Positions 53,738-61,883 of a stretch of 64,000 nucleotides of DNA are shown piece after piece. The notes beneath the pieces were generated by a model, which saw only the letters and a program-made list of their open reading frames with translations, did not search any database and was not told the origin of the DNA. The translations under genes were made by a program, and so were the position numbers. This stretch comes from a virus, in IMG/VR virus record IMGVR_UViG_3300000285_000003; one strand, 5' to 3'. Numbering within the stretch: position 1 is the stretch's first letter; each line of letters opens with the position of its first letter.

Positions 53738-54247
53738 TTATTCGTACATACCAATAATGCCACCACCCTTGACTCTACCGGTTTCTGCTTGTTCTGCTTT
53801 TGCCTACTTCATAGCCATGTCTAACGACTTGATTATTCCGCTAACATCTTTCAATATAGCTGAAAGCTTCTTAGCTGTATCTATATCAAGATCTTCTTCA
53901 GCATAGCTATCCATCGTGTTCATAATGCCCTCTGCTGCGCTCTTAGAAGATTTAAGCAGCCTGGTAGCAGGAGTCTCTTGGAACTCCTGGAACCTTTTTG
54001 CTAATTCTTTTACAACGTCATCAGGTTTATAATTCTCATTATTAAGTACATCTTTAGCTACTCTCCATGTGCGTTCTTTCTCTGGATATGCCTCATATGG
54101 GCTATTCCATTTATATCTCCACACTATGAATTCAATCTTCTTTAACGCATCTTGTTTATCTTTAGCATTGTTGTAGAAGTCTTTAAATGGTGGTATAGCT
54201 AAATCTTCTGTGCTTAATTGTATTTTATTCTATATGATGTCAAACAT
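53738..54247 (-). CDS. Small-terminase candidate / hypothetical, 169 aa
   Basis: The ATG at 54245-54247 overlaps the upstream TAA (TAATG). The TAA at 53738-53740 lies 2 nt before the TerL ATG. It extends track ORF 53804..54124 on both sides through TAG. The functional call is by position only. Confidence 0.45.
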
Positions 54248-54567
54248 TACTTAAATAGTCTTTTAAGCCAACTATAATGTTTTCTTGTTTTTAAATAATC
54301 TAAATTGTACTAGTTACTGTAAGCTTCTCTCTCAAAGGAAAGATTTCTATACGCATTTCCTTTACAGAACAGTTTAAATAACCATTCTACTCCATACCAC
54401 AAATAAAATGGTACATATAGCATTTCTTTCATCTATTCTGTATGTATCTGTTCATGGTTGATTGTAATATCAGTTATCTTAGCATTTGGTCTACAGAATA
54501 GATATCCAAATAAATTAATCGCCAGAAATCCTTTTGGAGGAAGTATGTTCTATCTAATTATTTTCAT
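54247..54567 (-). CDS. Small HExxH (zincin-like) protein, 106 aa
   Basis: The ATG at 54565-54567 overlaps the upstream TGA (ATGA). TAA at 54247-54249, with 2 in-frame TAG. It carries the motif INHEQIHTEQ, and its C-terminal half is hydrophobic. Confidence 0.6.
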
Positions 54568-57236
54568 GACCCAAATCCTCTACTAGATACTTTTAGTGTT
54601 CTATCGGCATCCATCCATAAAACTCCTTCAATTTTTGGATCGCTTGTAGGCAGACCATCTAATATATATAATATATCATCCGATGACGCATTATCAATTC
54701 TCTTTAAATGAAGCCCTTTATTATTATAACTATTTGTTAATGTTACAAAATCATTACCTGCAACATCGTGGCCGCTAAGATCTATATATGGTCTACCGTT
54801 ACCATCATACAATCTTATACTTTGTTCAGTAATACTAGAACAATCAAAACCCTTGTTATCATTTTTGTTACTATAGACAGAAATTTCTCTATCAAGTGGA
54901 TCGATAATTATTTTTCCAAAGCTTTTCATAATTAATCTAATTGCCGAAGAAAGTGAATCTGGATCTATAGTATATTCAAAATTAGCTAATTCTATCCTTT
55001 CGTCGCTAGATGGGAGATATGTTCCATCTGTATATGAGTCATCTGTAATACTAACTGGTCCGATTATTTTAAAAGAACACTACTGCGGATTGAGTTTAAT
55101 GCTTTTACCCTGTTGTGTATTTTGCATAACAATTGACCCATTTGAATCTATTGTGGTATACGCCGTTGTTAAGTCTCCAGTTGTCTGCATTTTTCCTGCC
55201 CATATTCGTACGTCACCCTTATTCGTAACCTTCCCATTAAGATCCGACTTACTATCAATCGCCTTACTAGAAGTCATACCCGCTACGATTGCATCACCGT
55301 CCATTATAACAACTTCTTCTGATGACAACTCTTTAACGTAAGCCTAATTTGCTATTATCTTATCAGCTACAAAATTTTCTGTAACTGCGAACTTCTGAAA
55401 ATATGTAGCAACATCAGGAGTCATTACCCAATGGTCGGATTCTCCGGTATCTGCATTTACGCAAACATAATACATGTTTTCATAAAGTACGACATCTTGA
55501 TAGAATATACCGTTTTCAGCATCTCTCTTTCCATCATAGTACTTTTTACCACTAGCCCATGCACCAACAATTCTTAAAGGTGAACCTTTGAACGTTTGTC
55601 CAATAGATCCGTCTCCAGGATCACCTTTATCTCCAGATGACGATACAGGAATAGTCATAGATGTAAGATATGCTCCATTTTTATTCTCTGCATATATAGT
55701 AATAGTGCTAGACTTAGACTATACAGTTGCATTTACTGAAGCGTCCCAATGATCTGTGTTATACTGTAAAGTTGTTCTATCGTTCGAGTTTATCTACATA
55801 TATAGATTATACAGACTTGCATCAGTACTATTTACAGCGCTTTCGTTTTTATACAAATTAACATTACAGCTCATCTATAAGTTGTAATTCTAATCTGCAG
55901 GAACGTATGATAACGATATGTTTGAAAGCTGTAATGAATAAGTTACTCCATTAAGTCCATTTATGCCAGACCTAACGATTGGAACATATTCGTTTAACAT
56001 TATTGCTCCATTTGTTGCTTTAAACAACATTCCATTATCACCTTCTGTTTGAATCTAATCAGATGATATTGTGGTCCATGTATCTCCTCCATCAACACTA
56101 TATGAGAACGACCAACCAGAACCATTTGATGGTGTAATATTTGTAATCTACGAGCCATTGCTTTTTACAACATATACACTAATAAGATTTGGGTACATTG
56201 TACCATCTTGATAATTAATAGTACTCGTAGAAGTTTTAATATCGTATGATACAGCGTTTTCTCCTGCAGTTCCAGTTAAACATATTGGATTTGTGTATTC
56301 TCCATACTATCCATTACCATTTATGAATACTTGTGTCATCCATATGTAGTATCCAGCTTCCTAATTTGGAGCATCATCAACCCACCCAGAACCGTCTTCA
56401 GGTGGTCTATTTGCACTAGGTTTACTTGGCGCTACAGAATTACTTGGGTGTTTTTTGAAATAAGATTTGCTATATCCAAATTTAGTATAGTCTATACTTG
56501 AACTAGCACCACTAATAGGTATTTTTATGTCGCGCCCACTTTCAATAGAGTACGCCTTATCGTTTATTATCAATTTTGATAATGTGTTCTTTTTAATATA
56601 ATTTAAAAGCTACTGCTATACATAATCGGTATCTACTCCACCACCAGATCCGCTTTCAGATAAAGCAACTCTAAACTAACCACCATTCTTCTATGTAAGA
56701 ATAAGCTCATTGTGTTCCAATGTAAAGCTCTCTATAGGATAATCTTTCCCTATAGTAGAGTCTTCGATTATCTTCTATATCTAAGCTATAGTATAATAGT
56801 TAGTGGGATCAAATTTTATATAGTCAGCCTTGTTTAAATACGTAGAATCGGCATTCTCTTTTGTAACATACTAATCAAAGTCAATATTACTAATAGCGTC
56901 ATCAACATATTTCTTTTTAGCATACTCTTCAATATTTAAATCAGTAATAGCACCCGCTATCTGCCTAGACACTTCTATCAATATTTCTTTCTTTATAGAG
57001 TTATCTCCGTCTCCAGCTATTTCGTTTAGCTTATTTTGAAGATCTAGTAAAGCAGAATTGCTAGCCTTTCCATTCCATTCATCTCTTTCTTCCTAAGATA
57101 TATGTGAGACAGAATCATTTTCATGGCAGCACAATCTAGAATATATTGACGAATAACACTTGTCTATTTTAAAATCTAATTCTCCGATTGGATTTTTGCA
57201 ACAAGGCTTTTTTGGTTCTACGCAAAAATTAATCAT
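54564..57236 (-). CDS. Tail-fibre-type protein, 890 aa
   Basis: ATG at 57234-57236 (upstream TAA at 57255-57257) and TGA at 54564-54566. The hand-scanned frame is open with many TAG. It joins track ORFs 56361.., 55344.., 55080.. and 54564... It has a Cys-rich N-terminus, a coiled-coil-like stretch, then Ser/Thr/Asn/Gly-rich beta-type sequence. Confidence 0.75.
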
Positions 57237-57510
57237 ATTAATTCGTTTAAATTGTTAACAATTATTGTACTGTGGTGTCATCGAAGACCACGTCTAAAAC
57301 GCCACAGTTAAAGATTATTTGAATTTATCCCAATCTATATTTTCCTTCTTTCCTACAACGTCTGCCACCCATCTACAAAACTGAATTCCTGTATATCCAT
57401 CTAGGGGTGATAAAAGTCCTACCCTGGTACGCATTTGAAAAGATGCGTGGCAGAATCTGTTGTGCTAGGCGGGGCAGTGAACCCCGTCATGCTTTCATTA
57501 AGACCTAGCT
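57237..57510 (-). ncRNA. 274-nt structured non-coding leader/intergenic region (candidate regulatory RNA)
   Basis: There is no open frame in any reading, even with TAG as sense. The region looks locally GC-richer than flanking coding sequence. It contains a tRNA top-half-like minihelix (57464-57509), a long-range stem domain (57355-57463), alternative hairpins (57269-57308) and a 14-bp palindrome (57250-57263). Confidence 0.4.
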
Positions 57511-58707
57511 TTATTCAAGATTTAAAGTTTGTTTAATTAGACCACTTGTACTAAGTGCATCTATAAGATTTATTACAATAGTTCTTAGTTTTGTGATATC
57601 AGCTGTTTCTATATCTGTAACATCAACACTATTAACTGTGATTTTATCCTATTTTTTCGACAGGCCTACTCTCAAACTGGAAATGCTATCATTCACAGTA
57701 TTAAGACTATTCGCAAGTGCATACTTAGCATCAGCATCTTGCTATGTTATAAAATTAGAGTCATTAGTAAGCTGGCTAACATTTGTAGGAACAGTAGGGA
57801 GCTCCGTCTTTAAAGCAAAATCAGATATTGGTTTAAATGTGCCATCTGAAGTAGCTAAACAATTGTTATACTTGTCAGAAGTTATTCCATTAATAGAATA
57901 TGTTGTTCGAATGGCTTGCCCTTCCTATATATTCTAAAAATCAACAAAATGTAACTAACTATAATTAAGATAAAAAGCCCCATCCTAATTACCACCAGTA
58001 ATATTTGTGCTCTAGATTGATACACCTTCGTTATTATTAGTTACATAAAGATTTTTACCAATACTATATTGCGAATTAGTACTTGAATCATAAGGAATAT
58101 AGTTGCCAGCGTCCTATTTAGCACTAATAGCAGCATTCAGCGTATTAATCTGCTAATTAAGCGCTGTTGTAAGAACGTAGTTACTAAGTGCGGTAGCGTC
58201 AGCCTTTTCTGTAATAGCCTGATTTAATGCTGTATGCAAGTCATCGTTACCAGCAAGTTTGTCAGCAATCTCTTTAAGTGTATCAAGATCTTCTGGGGCA
58301 GCAGCAATCACATCGGCAATAGCTTTTCTAAATGATCCTTCTGTGTTTGAATCACCATCAACTATTGCAAGCTTATCTGATATCTCTTTCTCTTTACCTT
58401 CTGCTCTAGTCTGCTCTGCCTTAATCTTAGCATTTAAGTCTTCATCACTCTTTGTACGAGCGCTTGTTTCAGCTTCAAGTAAATCCTTTGTAACATAATT
58501 ACCATTTTCAATGCTATTGTCTATAGCATATTTTACAGACTGATCAATAAGTTTATTTGTAGAGTTTGCATCCAGTATGTCTCCATGCATAAATTCACCA
58601 CCTTCAAGATCAACCAATATTTCTGGATTTCTGACCTATTTACCAGGTGCTGTTACGAGTGCATTCTTTACTGGAACTCTATATAAAAAATCTTTTTCCT
58701 AAATCAT
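57511..58707 (-). CDS. Tail-fibre/coiled-coil structural protein, 398 aa
   Basis: ATG at 58705-58707 (upstream TAA at 58765-58767) and TAA at 57511-57513. The hand-scanned frame is open with about 12 TAG. It contains track ORF 58153..58617, which has repeated helical heptad-like segments typical of fibre shafts. Confidence 0.75.
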
Positions 58708-58732
58708 AATTAATGCATTAATGTGTTTAAAC

Positions 58733-58767
58733 AGTAAAAGGGAACTACCTTTCGGTAATCCCCTTTA
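58733..58767 (-). terminator. Rho-independent terminator after the dUTPase gene
   Basis: On the minus strand, AAAGGGGATTACC-GAAA-GGTAGTTCCCTTT forms a 13-bp stem (2 G:U pairs) with a GAAA tetraloop, running into a T-tract. It starts about 11 nt after the TAA at 58778-58780. Confidence 0.65.
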
Positions 58768-58777
58768 TGTAAGCGAA

Positions 58778-59335
58778 TTAGGCCTATCCTTCGCTTACCT
58801 CAGCACCTTCTTGTGCCGCCGCTGACTCTGGTACGGACTCAACCTGTTCCTTAAGCTGTGACTGAGTTCCCGTAGCTGCGCTAGATTCGTTTTCGTGTCC
58901 TGTGCCAGTAGAACCAAATCCGCCATCGCCTCTCTCTGTTGACGAAAGCTCAGAAACCTCTGTGATTGTATACTCTGGTATAGGAACGATGACTAACTGA
59001 CAGAAGCGTTCGCCCTGCTTGTAAACAGCAGGAATTGTATCTGTTGTAGCCTTCATGAATGCTACAATCTCGCCTCTATAATCACTGTCGATAACACCGA
59101 CATTATCAGTAAGCCATAATGACTTTTTCCAAATACTAGAGCGTGGTATAAGTAAACCAACATATCCGGCAGGAATTTCAACTGCCAATCCTGTATGGTA
59201 AACCAACATTAGCTGATTTGCTTCATTAAGAGCTGTTTCAATCTTAGTGCAAGTCAAATCAATTCCTGCAGCACCTTTTGTGCCACGAATAGGGAGGATA
59301 GCGTTATCCTCAAGTCTCTTAAATTTCAACTCCAT
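58778..59335 (-). CDS. dut: dUTP diphosphatase (dUTPase) with an acidic C-terminal extension, 185 aa
   Basis: The canonical trimeric dUTPase motifs are present: AGIDL, PRSS, GVIDSDYRGEI and RGDGGFGSTG. I chose the ATG at 59333-59335, because the track start at 59344 is a TTG. The TAG at 58784 is followed by GCC and then TAA (58778-58780). Confidence 0.9.
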
Positions 59336-59360
59336 AGTATTCAAATATTATTTTTTATTG

Positions 59361-59431
59361 TTACCCCACTAGGATTCGAACCCAGACTAAGAGTTTTAGA
59401 GACTCCTGTGCTGCCGTTACACCATAGGGCA
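59361..59431 (-). tRNA. Amber-suppressor tRNA, anticodon CTA (reads UAG); Gln-type identity plausible
   Basis: The 71-nt cloverleaf folds as follows. Acceptor stem TGCCCTA/TGGGGTA (U1:A72). D arm GTGT-AACGGCA-GCAC. Anticodon arm GGAGT-CTCTAAA-ACTCT, a 7-nt loop with T33 and anticodon C34 T35 A36. Variable loop TAGT. T arm CTGGG-TTCGAAT-CCTAG. Discriminator A. No CCA is encoded. Confidence 0.9.
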
Positions 59432-59437
59432 ATAAGC

Positions 59438-59474
59438 GCGTAACTTTTATCTGGAGTTACGCAGAACCAGTATT
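59438..59474 (-). repeat. Hairpin/pseudoknot motif, copy 1
   Basis: On the plus strand, GCGTAACT-TTTATCTGG-AGTTACGC forms an 8-bp stem with a 9-nt loop, then AGAA, then CCAGTATT. The loop CTGG is complementary to the downstream CCAG. Confidence 0.6.
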
Positions 59475-59610
59475 AGCGCCATTTGGATCCTGCAGCTCCG
59501 AGCGCCGCTAGGGCAGAAAGCTTTTGTTTCACCCGGATATCCCAGTTTATAGAGATTTCAGAAATGGCGACAACCTCTCAGCGATTATATTCGCCCGTCT
59601 TCTTTGACTC

Positions 59611-59643
59611 TTATAAGTTTTAGCTGGACTTATAACCAGTATT
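59611..59643 (-). repeat. Hairpin/pseudoknot motif, copy 2
   Basis: On the plus strand, TTATAAGT-TTTAGCTGG-ACTTATAA forms an 8-bp stem with a 9-nt loop, followed directly by CCAGTATT. The loop and flank match copy 1 except for one loop base. The stem sequence is entirely different but still fully paired. Confidence 0.6.
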
Positions 59644-59746
59644 GGGTCCCTGTGTCAGCTTACCATGGTAGCCTTTTGTTTATAGTGTACACACAGGGAT
59701 GCCACTCATATTATCAATCTAAATATTAAAAAAAATGAATATGTTG

Positions 59747-59820
59747 GAGTCTATGCAGGAGTCGAACCTGCTAACTATTCCCTTTGTATCGGGTCGTCTT
59801 TACCGTTTGACTAATAGACT
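59747..59820 (-). tRNA. tRNA-like gene with a non-canonical anticodon arm (pseudo-tRNA or unusual tRNA; anticodon undetermined)
   Basis: The acceptor stem (AGTCTAT/ATAGACT), U8, D arm (GTCA-AACGGTAA-AGAC) and T arm (GCAGG-TTCGACT-CCTGC) are all good. The anticodon region ACCCGATACAAAGGGAA only forms CCC/GGG with an 8-nt loop GATACAAA, and the region is one nt longer than standard. Confidence 0.5.
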
Positions 59821-59830
59821 CTAAAGGTGA

Positions 59831-60154
59831 TTACTTAGTACGAGTAATCCAATTCCATAAACGTTTATACCAAGGCTTCTTAATCTTCTCTTCGGCTCTG
59901 CGCGCCTTACATCTTAAGTATACGCAATCATCTTTTACTACAGCGCAACCGTTCTCTGGAAGAATCTCGTCGAGCAAAGCATCTGTAAGGATTGATATAA
60001 CTGTATAATAGTCGCAATCAGTCACTCTCATACCTGCCGAAATCTTCTTGCTAATGAAGTATGCTGTAACATCGTTTACATTAGCAACATCAAGCATAGA
60101 GATTACATACTTGGGTCTCTTTACCTTAACTGTCTTTTTAATAGCTTTCTTCAT
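59831..60154 (-). CDS. Hypothetical basic protein, 107 aa
   Basis: This is an intact ORF in the track, from ATG 60152-60154 to TAA 59831-59833, with no in-frame TAG. Confidence 0.75.
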   Translation of the reverse strand: MKKAIKKTVKVKRPKYVISMLDVANVNDVTAYFISKKISAGMRVTDCDYYTVISILTDALLDEILPENGCAVVKDDCVYLRCKARRAEEKIKKPWYKRLWNWITRTK

Positions 60155-60164
60155 AACTTAAATA

Positions 60165-60548
60165 TTAACATTGTCCACAATAGTCTCCACAATCTTCGCA
60201 AGCAGCATTTACATGTGCGCTCTCTTTCTGTTTGGCTGCCCACTCTTCTTTTCGTTTTTGATCAGCAGCTTTGGCGTTATCGAGGGCCTTTAACCAATCT
60301 TCAGACTTAATTATTACAAAGTCTGTGCCAAGATCTCTGTCGTAGAATGTGATAAGAATATCATCTTTCTTTACATCTGCGCAGATAGTTTTGTTAGGGA
60401 AAAACTTTGATGTCCACTCAACATTAGCATCTTCTGGAATAACGTAAATATCATCGATACCTCTTGCAGATCTATTAATCGCCTAAACCTCAGCTGTATC
60501 TGTATCAACAATAATAGGCTTGCGATCAATGTTTATTATCTTTTTCAT
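60165..60548 (-). CDS. Hypothetical protein, 127 aa, with a C-terminal Cys cluster (CEDCGDYCGQC)
   Basis: ATG at 60546-60548 and TAA at 60165-60167. One in-frame TAG (60483-60485) hides it from the standard-code track. Confidence 0.7.
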
Positions 60549-60756
60549 ATGGGCTTAATGGTTTATTTTTATTATCTTTAAATCTATTTTTAAGTTTGAA
60601 TCTAAATAGTTTGTTTATTAATACGTCTCTAGTATCATCTTGATCTTTCATAACATCAACTACGAACTAAAACTAGTGCATAACTATTTGTTTTACTAGC
60701 TCTGGGTCATCGTTCAATGTATGTCCAATCTATCTACAAACTTTATCTATATTCAT
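60526..60756 (-). CDS. Hypothetical protein, 76 aa
   Basis: The ATG at 60754-60756 overlaps the upstream TAA (TAATG). TGA at 60526-60528, with 3 in-frame TAG. It overlaps the next gene by 23 nt. Confidence 0.55.
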
Positions 60757-61184
60757 TACTTTTCTACTGTTTCAGTTGCTACAATATCGTAAAGCGATAC
60801 AAGTTGAGAGTCCTTAAGCAAATCGAAATACATAGCACCTCTAGATGATCTATATATAACGATATCACCAACCTTGATAGGCATCTGCTGTATTTTCTCA
60901 TCGCTATATGGGTGTGTGTACTCATATGGCAACTTAAGTACAACAGCTCTAGAGAAATCTGAATCAACTTCTTTTATCTCTGTCTTTACCTCATCATAAT
61001 CAACTGCCTCGATCCCATCCTTATCCTTCTTAGGCTTAGTGTCCTTAACCACAGGTTCGGAGATCTTCTTCTTAACTTTAACAGGCTCAAGCGGCTTTAC
61101 TAAGAACATCTGTCTGAACTCATACTTTATTTTTGAGCTCAAGTCCTCTGCTAACTGGGTCTGATCTATCATCTTCTCATCCAT
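60756..61184 (-). CDS. Possible GroES/Gp31-like co-chaperonin, 142 aa
   Basis: This is an intact track ORF ending in TAA, with no TAG. MFLVKPLEPVKVKKK near the N-terminus and MPIKVGDIVIYRSSRGAMYFD...SLYDIVATE near the C-terminus resemble the GroES pattern (L.PL.DRVLV ... VKVGD.V.. ..Y.G.E ... DILA). There is a long charged insert between them. The call is tentative. Confidence 0.4.
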   Translation of the reverse strand: MDEKMIDQTQLAEDLSSKIKYEFRQMFLVKPLEPVKVKKKISEPVVKDTKPKKDKDGIEAVDYDEVKTEIKEVDSDFSRAVVLKLPYEYTHPYSDEKIQQMPIKVGDIVIYRSSRGAMYFDLLKDSQLVSLYDIVATETVEK

Positions 61185-61185
61185 A

Positions 61186-61596
61186 TTACTTCTTCAATCC
61201 TTTAAGGTACTCAAGTAATTTAATCATGTTTCTCAATACTGTCTCCTTCTCAACAAGCAAACACTGAGGTGTGTTCTCATCAGCTTTTGACTTAAGAGCA
61301 CAAAGCTCATTGTTGTATTCTGAGAGCTTATTGTTGATCTCGTCAAAGATATTTACGAATCTCTTTTTATCATCAACTTCCTCAACGTATCCATTATCAA
61401 GAAGCATCTTTGCATATTCCTTTGAGATTCTATAAACAGAATTGTAAGAAGAAACAACCGTTGAATTGTCTTCGTTTGAGCTATTATGCTCTTCGTTATA
61501 TACACTTTCGTACTAATCTGTATCAGCGTTGTACTCAAATGTATCACCATTCTCCATTACGAAGAAAGGCTTAATAACCTTTAAAATCTTTGTCAT
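61186..61596 (-). CDS. Hypothetical protein, 136 aa (first gene of the leftward unit)
   Basis: ATG at 61594-61596 (upstream TAA at 61609-61611) and TAA at 61186-61188. One in-frame TAG (61513-61515). It extends track ORF 61186..61407. Confidence 0.7.
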
Positions 61597-61883
61597 ATCC
61601 AATTGCTTTTATTGTTTTACGCTGCCATAACGAAATAATTTTCAAAAAGGTTGCAAATATGGTATAAATTTTGTAAAAATAGCATTTTTCTTGCAAATAT
61701 GCAACTTTTTTAGCTTTTTTACGTTAGGGGGATAGTAGGGGGTTAGTCAGCTAGAACCCTTTCTCTTATATATTCTCTTTAGGAGATCTACTTTAGTAGT
61801 ACAGCTATTACAGTATGTAAGACTATACAACTATAGTAGAGCTATATAAGCTTAATAATAATTGTAAGACTAATAAGAATAGT
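61597..61883. promoter_or_regulatory. Divergent intergenic control region between the leftward and rightward gene blocks
   Basis: This is a 287-nt AT-rich gap between oppositely oriented start codons (61596 and 61884). It has an exact 11-nt repeat TTGCAAATATG at 61651-61661 and 61691-61701 (40 nt apart) and a tandem TAGGGGG..TAGGGGG at 61725-61742. No promoter was mapped. Bacteroidota-type elements (TTTG / TAnnTTTG-like) are only loosely matched. Confidence 0.5.

Larger units (their letters stand above)
59432..59746 (-). ncRNA. About 315-nt structured non-coding region between the two tRNA-type genes (candidate ncRNA)
   Basis: All six frames are closed by TAA/TGA. The region looks GC-richer than its surroundings. 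It holds two copies of a hairpin plus CCAGTATT motif (59438-59474 and 59611-59643) and a 9-bp stem (59647-59655 with 59691-59699). The strand is assumed from the flanking minus-strand genes. Confidence 0.45.

Noticed and set aside
59485-59496. Adjacent BamHI and PstI sites (GGATCCTGCAG) resembling a cloning polylinker.
   Set aside because: This is an isolated occurrence inside a structured non-coding region. There is no other vector-like sequence, and coincidence is plausible.
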